Below, in pieces: positions 26,807 through 32,000 of a stretch of 32,000 nucleotides of DNA. The position numbers and the translations under genes were made by a program. Positions within the stretch are counted from its first letter, which is position 1. Each line of letters starts with the position of its first letter. Below the pieces are notes generated by a model. That model had not been told where the DNA came from. It saw nothing but the letters and a program-made list of their open reading frames with translations, and did no database searches. The stretch spans positions 29,319-61,318 of the forward strand of contig CAZMZH010000007.1 in assembly GCA_964570665.1 (NCBI GenBank). Direction: 5' to 3'. The stretch is from an uncultured Nitrospinota bacterium. GTDB taxonomy: Bacteria; Nitrospinota; Nitrospinia; Nitrospinales; JAJDAT01.

Positions 26807-27052
26807 ATGCCAATTAAAATCCTAGAGCATGTCAAAGCCCAGGAACTTCCAAAATCCTGGAAAAAGGAACTAAATCCCAGCCCCGAGGAAACGTTTCGAA
26901 TTACTATTGAACCCGAAAGCGAGCTGACTGACGAGCCGTTTGACGTAACCCATGATCCTATCTTTCAATTAGAAGGATATGACTCAGATGCGCCTTCTGA
27001 CTTATCTAAAATTTCAGATAAGTTACTTTATGGAAAAAACCATCCTGCATAA
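26807..27052 (+). CDS. putative VapB-like antitoxin
   Basis: 81 aa. Its stop overlaps the PIN gene start (TAATG). The acidic C-terminus ..DPIFQLEGYDSDAPSDLSKISDKLLYG resembles tails I recall from PIN-associated antitoxins. Confidence 0.55.
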   Translation: MPIKILEHVKAQELPKSWKKELNPSPEETFRITIEPESELTDEPFDVTHDPIFQLEGYDSDAPSDLSKISDKLLYGKNHPA

Positions 27053-27459
27053 TGGAAACGGTTTTCCTGGATGCAAATGGGTGGATCGCCCTTTCAAATA
27101 AAAGGGATCAATTAAACGCTAAAGCGGTTAATCGTAATAAAGAACTCCTTCAAAATCAGACTCGCTACCTAACAACCAATTTCGTTCTAGACGAAACCTA
27201 TACCACACTCATGGCAAAGGTAGGAAACTTTGCGGCTGTGGACTTCGGCGAAAGAGTCAGAAACTCAAAATCCGTCACGATTGTTCACATCTCTCCAGAA
27301 ATCGAAGAAGAAGCTTGGCAACTTTTCAAAAAATACTCCGACAAACAATTTTCTTTTACAGACTGCACTTCATTTGTTGTGATGCAAAGATTTAAATTGG
27401 AAAAAGCATTCACAAACGACCATCATTTTGAACAAGCAGGATTTTCAATTCTGTTATAA
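27052..27459 (+). CDS. vapC: PIN-domain toxin (VapC)
   Basis: METVFLDANGWIAL..., ..NFVLDETYT.., ..FSFTDCTSFVVM.., ..FTNDHHF follow the PIN acidic residue pattern. Confidence 0.85.
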   Translation: METVFLDANGWIALSNKRDQLNAKAVNRNKELLQNQTRYLTTNFVLDETYTTLMAKVGNFAAVDFGERVRNSKSVTIVHISPEIEEEAWQLFKKYSDKQFSFTDCTSFVVMQRFKLEKAFTNDHHFEQAGFSILL

Positions 27460-27534
27460 TCAAATTTTATAAACCAAATCCGTTTGCGAGAGAAACCTCA
27501 AAACTCCTTTTACAAAAAAACACTTAATCTAAGT

Positions 27535-27700
27535 GGGCTCGGTAGTAATATACGGAGGCAGAAGAACGCCGTACACTAAAATTAAACTTCTCCATTGCCT
27601 CCAATCAGTTACAACTTAATTTTCCCAATAAAACTCAATACCTGTCATCCTCGAACGAAGTGAAGGATCTACCCCAATGCGGTTTTGAAATTAATTTTCC
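27535..27700 (-). repeat. rhs-locus leader repeat copy R4
   Basis: Core stub gggctcggtagtaatatacgg. Lacks the first hairpin insertion. Hairpin element at 27644-27670. Shared terminal block ccccaatgcggttttgaaattaattttcc. Confidence 0.85.
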
Positions 27701-27775
27701 TTCTGGTTCAGAAGAAGTCTATGAGTAAAATTTTATAATTAAAGAAATGAAAAATATTTCTGGAAAAGATTAATT

Positions 27776-28090
27776 TTAGTTGTCTGGAAGGTTATATTCT
27801 TTTTTAGCATATTCAAAAGAAACTACTGATAAACGAAATGGCCCCAGCCCATGCATTGCACTATGGGGATATGTGTATTCCCAATATCGCCCCTTAAACC
27901 ATTCTCTATATAAAATATGAAAACCACCAGGTGCATCAGCAATCTTTTTCAGGAAAAATAGTCTAAAAAATTCTAATCTTCTTACGTTTTCACTCACTAT
28001 TCTTCCATTTATGACTTCCCAATCTTGATCAAGCTTGGTTTCACCTTTTGTTATTTTAAAAAAAATCTTTAAATATAAGTTTTTTAACAT
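27776..28090 (-). CDS. putative immunity protein for the decayed Rhs tip CT2
   Basis: 104 aa. Starts 21 nt after the CT2 stop. The segment GRYWEYTYPHSAMHGLGPFRL resembles, from memory, the W-E-x-x-Y-P-x-S-x-x-H-G-G-G-P signature of a small polymorphic-toxin immunity family (Imm27-type). Confidence 0.6.
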   Translation of the reverse strand: MLKNLYLKIFFKITKGETKLDQDWEVINGRIVSENVRRLEFFRLFFLKKIADAPGGFHILYREWFKGRYWEYTYPHSAMHGLGPFRLSVVSFEYAKKEYNLPDN

Positions 28091-28111
28091 GTCAAAAAGT
28101 TTAAAGAGAAA

Positions 28112-28884
28112 TCACTTTGAATAAACTTGTTGCATCATATTATTATTTGGCTTGTTTGGGTAGATTACAAAACCACCTTGTGCAGGTTCGCCCTGACTTA
28201 CCGCATTAATACCAAACCCAATTCCCGAAGCTCTATCTGAGACAATTCGGCCAGTTGCATCACTTGGAATAGAACCATTTGGAACAACGAACTCTCGTGC
28301 TCCACCCTGAGTAAATCCTCCATCTATAAACCCTGGTTCAGTACGATTTCTTGGAATATCAAGTTTAGAAAAGTTGCTTGAAGAAAATTCAAAAAGATGA
28401 AAAGATCCAGGATTCTCAATTATTAGTCGTTCAGCAATTTATTGAGCACTATTCAATCCCTCTAATGCTCCTGCGTCAGCAACAAAAGCATCTGGTCTCG
28501 TTTTTAAATTTAAAAGAAAATCTGGATTGAGGTCTTTAGAAGGAATTGTACGAACTAGATTTTCAGGTATACCGCTCCTTGTAAAAGTGGACGTACAGCT
28601 TGCCCACCGCCAGTAACAAAAGGAATTAATGCACCGCCAACGTCTAAAAGCAATGCAACTCCGTTTGTTAAAGTTAACCCCTCTTCGGCTATAAAAGCGA
28701 GATCGGCAACAATAAATCCTATATCCAATAATGTGTCTGCAAAGTTTCCTGTAGGATCATTTGCGTTAATTGGGTTATTGTGGACATATGCATAAAAATT
28801 AACTCCGGCCTTAAATCCTACAGGATCCTCAGTTAAGAACCTTCCGACTTCGGGATCGTAATAGCGGGCTCGGTAGTAATATAC
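28112..28884 (-). pseudogene. orphan Rhs C-terminal tip CT2 (core stub, PT-TG-like pre-toxin region, unknown toxin domain), disrupted
   Basis: Manual translation gives SVYYYRARYYDPEVGRFLTEDPVGFKAGVNFYAYVHNNPINANDPTGNF-ADTLLDIGFIVADL..LLLDVGGALIPFVTGGGQAVR.. There is then a frameshift near 28560-28610 and an in-frame TAA at 28439-28441. It ends ..GGFTQGGAREFVVPNGSIP..GGFVIYPNKPNNNMMQQVYSK. No start codon; an in-frame TGA lies just upstream. Confidence 0.8.
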
Positions 28885-29014
28885 GGAGGCAGAAGAGCGT
28901 CATACGCTAAAATCGAATTTAGCCAATGCATCCAACCAGTTACAAACAAATTTTTTCAAAAAAAACACCAATCTAAAATTTTGACCCCAATGCGGTTTTA
29001 AAATTAATTTTCCC
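28885..29014 (-). repeat. rhs-locus leader repeat copy R5 (no hairpin insertions)
   Basis: ggaggcagaagagcgtcatacgctaaaat...ccaaccagttacaaacaaatttttt...ccccaatgcggttttaaaattaattttccc is collinear with R4 and R2 minus their hairpin elements. Confidence 0.8.
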
Positions 29015-29075
29015 ACTTAAACAGAAACGATTTTGGTTTATTTTTTCGATTAAAAAAAGAAGGGAGTAAGTATTT

Positions 29076-29615
29076 TTAAGAACTAGAACTTTTTAGCGAA
29101 GAATTTTCTTTAGAAGTTTCTAATTTACTCTCTTTTAGTATTGAAGCAATTTTAGAATAATCAGAACCTATTTTTTTTCCAGCCCAATCAGAATAAACAT
29201 ATTTTAACTTATTATTATTTTCTGAAATAATTATCGAAATTGAATGATCAACTAGAAATTTTTTTTCATATAAGACATCAATGATCTTATTTCTTTCAAT
29301 TAACATTAAATAAGTCAATGAAGTTACTCCAAACAACACATACTTGCTAGTAATCGCTATTCCAAAATGACCAAGAATTAGGGGATCAATATCTTTTCTA
29401 ATTTTTTTACCATTTGATTCACTATATATCTTGAGGACACCTCGACGAACTCGGAAGATCACTTTGTCTTCAAGGTTTTTAATTAATTTATGCCCCAGTA
29501 AAATTCGGGTAATTCCAATAAAACCATAATCTAAGAATACTATCAGAACAATTAATGGAAATATTGCTTCGAGCCAAAAATCCCAACTCACAATCATTTC
29601 TTTTAGGTAGCTCAT
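29076..29615 (-). CDS. membrane protein, putative immunity protein for Rhs tip CT1
   Basis: 179 aa with an N-terminal TM helix (AIFPLIVLIVFLDYGFIGI) and a central hydrophobic segment. Lies 83 nt downstream of the toxin stop on the same strand. Confidence 0.6.
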   Translation of the reverse strand: MSYLKEMIVSWDFWLEAIFPLIVLIVFLDYGFIGITRILLGHKLIKNLEDKVIFRVRRGVLKIYSESNGKKIRKDIDPLILGHFGIAITSKYVLFGVTSLTYLMLIERNKIIDVLYEKKFLVDHSISIIISENNNKLKYVYSDWAGKKIGSDYSKIASILKESKLETSKENSSLKSSSS

Positions 29616-29698
29616 TTAAAAAACTAAAGTCTCAAAAAAATTAGATATTATTGAATAAATTACTGTACTAAAACTTTTTATCTCGAAAATACTTTTTC

Positions 29699-30844
29699 CT
29701 ATTTACTATACACTTGTTGCATAAAATTATTATTGGGTTTATTAGGATAGATCACAAATCCCCCTCCAGCGCCACCGGAATTAGATTGAGCGTTTCCAGT
29801 AAAAAAATTGGAAATACTATTGAATAAATTCTTTGCTCCATCAACAAAATCTCCAATAGCGTTGCTTCGAAAAGCCGATTCAGTATTCGTTATTGTAGGA
29901 CCTACTTCAGGAGTATTAATTCCAAAAGGAGAAAGACCAAACTCGAAAAATGCTTGAACATTATCTTTGGTGCTGGTGGTTGGAAATGTTGCCCCAAATG
30001 TAAAACTTCGCTTTTGAGTAATGGGAAATGATCCGCTAATAGACCTTGATCTACCCTCAAGGTTATCTAGCGTAGTATTTTCATTGCCAAATAAAAAGTT
30101 AACAAACAATCCACCACTCTCGCTTTGTCCTGAAAGGACTCCCCCTTCTTCATGTTGGGTAAAAATACCAAACTCCAATGTTTCCGTATCGATGGCAACA
30201 ATAGTACTTACAGAACCTTTTGCCCCAACTCCTTCGGGAGCAAAACCACCACCGCCTCCAAAATTGAAACCAACAGGCCTTTTCCCAGCTGGATCGTTAA
30301 AACTGATTGGGTTATTATTTACATAAGCATAAAAATTTGGTCCGGCTTCGAAACCTAAAGGGTCTTCAGTGAGGAAGCGGCCAACCTCAGGATCGTAATA
30401 GCGGGCTCGGTAGTAGTATAACCCGCTTTCGTCCAACTCGCGTCCGGTGTAATGCAATCGATTGCCGTTGTCGCTGCCGGTTTCCGTTATCAATTCGCCA
30501 AAAGGACCGTATTGCATCGTCGCCTGTGCGCTTCCTAACGATTCCACCAGGGACGTGACCGACCGCAAATGATCGTGATGATAGCTCGCCCCTGTTTCAT
30601 TACCGCTAGAATCGTAATGGAGCCCGTGCACCACCTCGTCCACCACCACGCCGCGAAAATATTGATCCTGCAATTGAAATGTCTGGTCGTAAATCGCTTC
30701 TAAATGCTCCCCTTCTAAATAATAGTTCCGCGTATTTAATCCTCCATCATTATTCCTGATCCTGTAATCGCTCGGATCGTATTTAAAATAAAACGATTTA
30801 CCCGGAGTCGACATTCCCGTCACTCGATTTTTTTTATTTTCCAT
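29699..30844 (-). CDS. Rhs fragment: last about 187 aa of the RHS core plus a 194-aa Gly/Ser/Thr/Phe-rich C-terminal domain (CT1) of unknown function
   Basis: Core part is collinear and nearly identical to 23330-23790 (..GLYYYRARYYDPEVGRFLTEDPLGFEAGPNFYAYVNNNPISFNDPAG). CT1 spans 29702-30283. The ATG at 30844 coincides with the point where rhs homology begins, so this is an N-terminally truncated module. Confidence 0.8.
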   Translation of the reverse strand: MENKKNRVTGMSTPGKSFYFKYDPSDYRIRNNDGGLNTRNYYLEGEHLEAIYDQTFQLQDQYFRGVVVDEVVHGLHYDSSGNETGASYHHDHLRSVTSLVESLGSAQATMQYGPFGELITETGSDNGNRLHYTGRELDESGLYYYRARYYDPEVGRFLTEDPLGFEAGPNFYAYVNNNPISFNDPAGKRPVGFNFGGGGGFAPEGVGAKGSVSTIVAIDTETLEFGIFTQHEEGGVLSGQSESGGLFVNFLFGNENTTLDNLEGRSRSISGSFPITQKRSFTFGATFPTTSTKDNVQAFFEFGLSPFGINTPEVGPTITNTESAFRSNAIGDFVDGAKNLFNSISNFFTGNAQSNSGGAGGGFVIYPNKPNNNFMQQVYSK

Positions 30845-30962
30845 TATTAATCACAAAAAGGCTTGATACTACTAAATGTTTCAATTTGAGAAAAGGAAGG
30901 AAATAAGTTAAAATCTGGAGCTTTTATTCCGTACTTTTTGAAAGGTTTTAAGGTTTCCTAAT

Positions 30963-31958
30963 ATGTCTGGAATCACTTTAGTTCAACATATCCGCGCGCA
31001 GGAACAGAAATCCCCTGGGGCTACCGGAGAATTCTCAGGTTTAATGAACGATGTACTGGTCGCGGCAAAACTAGTTTCGCGCGAAGTCAATCGCGCTGGT
31101 ATCGCCGAAGATATTATTGGATTGACGGGCGAAGTGAACGTGCAAGGCGAGGAAGTTCAAAAACTCGATCACTATGCGAATGAAACCTTTATTAAAGTGC
31201 TTTCTCAATCTGGCAAAGTTTGCGCTATAGGCTCTGAAGAAAACGAAAACGCAGTTATAGTCCCTAAAGACCAACAAACCAGCGGTAAATACATATTTAT
31301 GATGGACCCACTGGACGGCTCTTCAAATATCGACGTGAACGTAGGAATTGGGACCATTTTTGCCATTTATGAAAAGAAAAGTTCTGGCGATACGGTTACC
31401 GATGAAGACTTATTACAAAAAGCCGATCAACAAGTTGGAGCTGGTTACGTTCTCTATGGTTCCAGCACAATGTTTGTCTATACCACAGGTAACGGAGTTC
31501 ATGGTTTTACGCTCGATCCCGCTATCGGAGAATTTTATCTTTCTCACCCAGATTTAAAAATTCCCTCAAAAGGTTCCATTTATAGCGCCAATGAGGGAAG
31601 CGTATCCTTCTGGAACGACAAACAAAAAGCTCTTGTCCAATACTATAAAGAAACGGATAAAGAAACCGGCAGGCCTTATAAATTACGCTATATCGGAACT
31701 CTGGTGTCGGATTTTCACCGAACTCTTCTTAAAGGCGGTATTTTTATGTATCCTGGGGACAGTAAAAGTCCCAATGGGAAACTAAGGTTTGCGTTTGAAG
31801 CCGCTCCCTTAGCTTTTATTGTCGAGCAAGCCGGCGGCAAAGCGAGCGATGGGAAGTCCAATATTTTTACTCAATCGCCCACTGAACTTCACCAAAGAAT
31901 TCCACTTTTTATCGGCAGTAAGGAAGATGTTGAGTTAGCCGAAAAAAAATTGCAGTGA
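30963..31958 (+). CDS. fbp: fructose-1,6-bisphosphatase class 1
   Basis: 331 aa with DPLDGSSNIDVNVGIGTIFAIY and GKLRFAFEAAPLAFIVEQAGGKASDG motifs. Confidence 0.95.
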   Translation: MSGITLVQHIRAQEQKSPGATGEFSGLMNDVLVAAKLVSREVNRAGIAEDIIGLTGEVNVQGEEVQKLDHYANETFIKVLSQSGKVCAIGSEENENAVIVPKDQQTSGKYIFMMDPLDGSSNIDVNVGIGTIFAIYEKKSSGDTVTDEDLLQKADQQVGAGYVLYGSSTMFVYTTGNGVHGFTLDPAIGEFYLSHPDLKIPSKGSIYSANEGSVSFWNDKQKALVQYYKETDKETGRPYKLRYIGTLVSDFHRTLLKGGIFMYPGDSKSPNGKLRFAFEAAPLAFIVEQAGGKASDGKSNIFTQSPTELHQRIPLFIGSKEDVELAEKKLQ

Positions 31959-32000
31959 TTTGACGAGAACTCTGAAATCTTTTGAATACTAAAAAAATAA

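Noticed and set aside
28200-28330. The CT2 motif GGFTQGGAREFVVP loosely recalls the GGG-x-Q-Y-x-x-P segment of TNT-type NAD+ glycohydrolase toxins.
   Set aside because: The resemblance is a few residues recalled from memory. The rest of the domain does not obviously align, so I leave the domain unassigned pending an HMM search.
23075-29014. The regularly spaced direct repeats could be a CRISPR array.
   Set aside because: The repeats are 130-245 bp and variable. The 'spacers' are 0.7-2.2 kb gene cassettes, and there are no cas genes.

Overview
AT-rich bacterial chromosomal window in three parts. (1) 1-4684, minus strand: the conserved yceD-rpmF-plsX-fabH-fabD-fabG cluster. (2) 5384-21312: accessory and metabolic genes. 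These are two tandem secreted paralogs (degenerate metallophosphoesterase-like domain plus Sel1 repeats), xerD, a LOG-family gene coupled to a secreted beta-helix protein, an amino-sugar style operon (GHL10-like TIM barrel, ribose-type ABC transporter, ROK kinase, nagB), a secreted ankyrin-repeat protein and two small secreted or membrane proteins. (3) 21371-30844: the most interesting region, a decayed Rhs/YD-repeat polymorphic-toxin locus organised as an array of toxin/antidote modules. It holds two Rhs C-terminal toxin tips with cognate immunity genes (one tip pseudogenised), two vapBC pairs, two higBA pairs, and a basic 124-aa ORF next to a structured non-coding stretch. It also holds a truncated tipless Rhs body and a core remnant. 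The modules are punctuated by a roughly 130-245 bp direct repeat that always ends in a stub of rhs core DNA (coding YYYRARYYDP). GC-rich hairpin mini-elements are scattered through the window; one interrupts the rhs body. fbp (class 1 FBPase) closes the window. I saw no rRNA, tRNA, CRISPR array, transposase, full-length rhs, or PAAR/VgrG/T6SS gene. All domain calls come from reading motifs by eye and need HMM confirmation.
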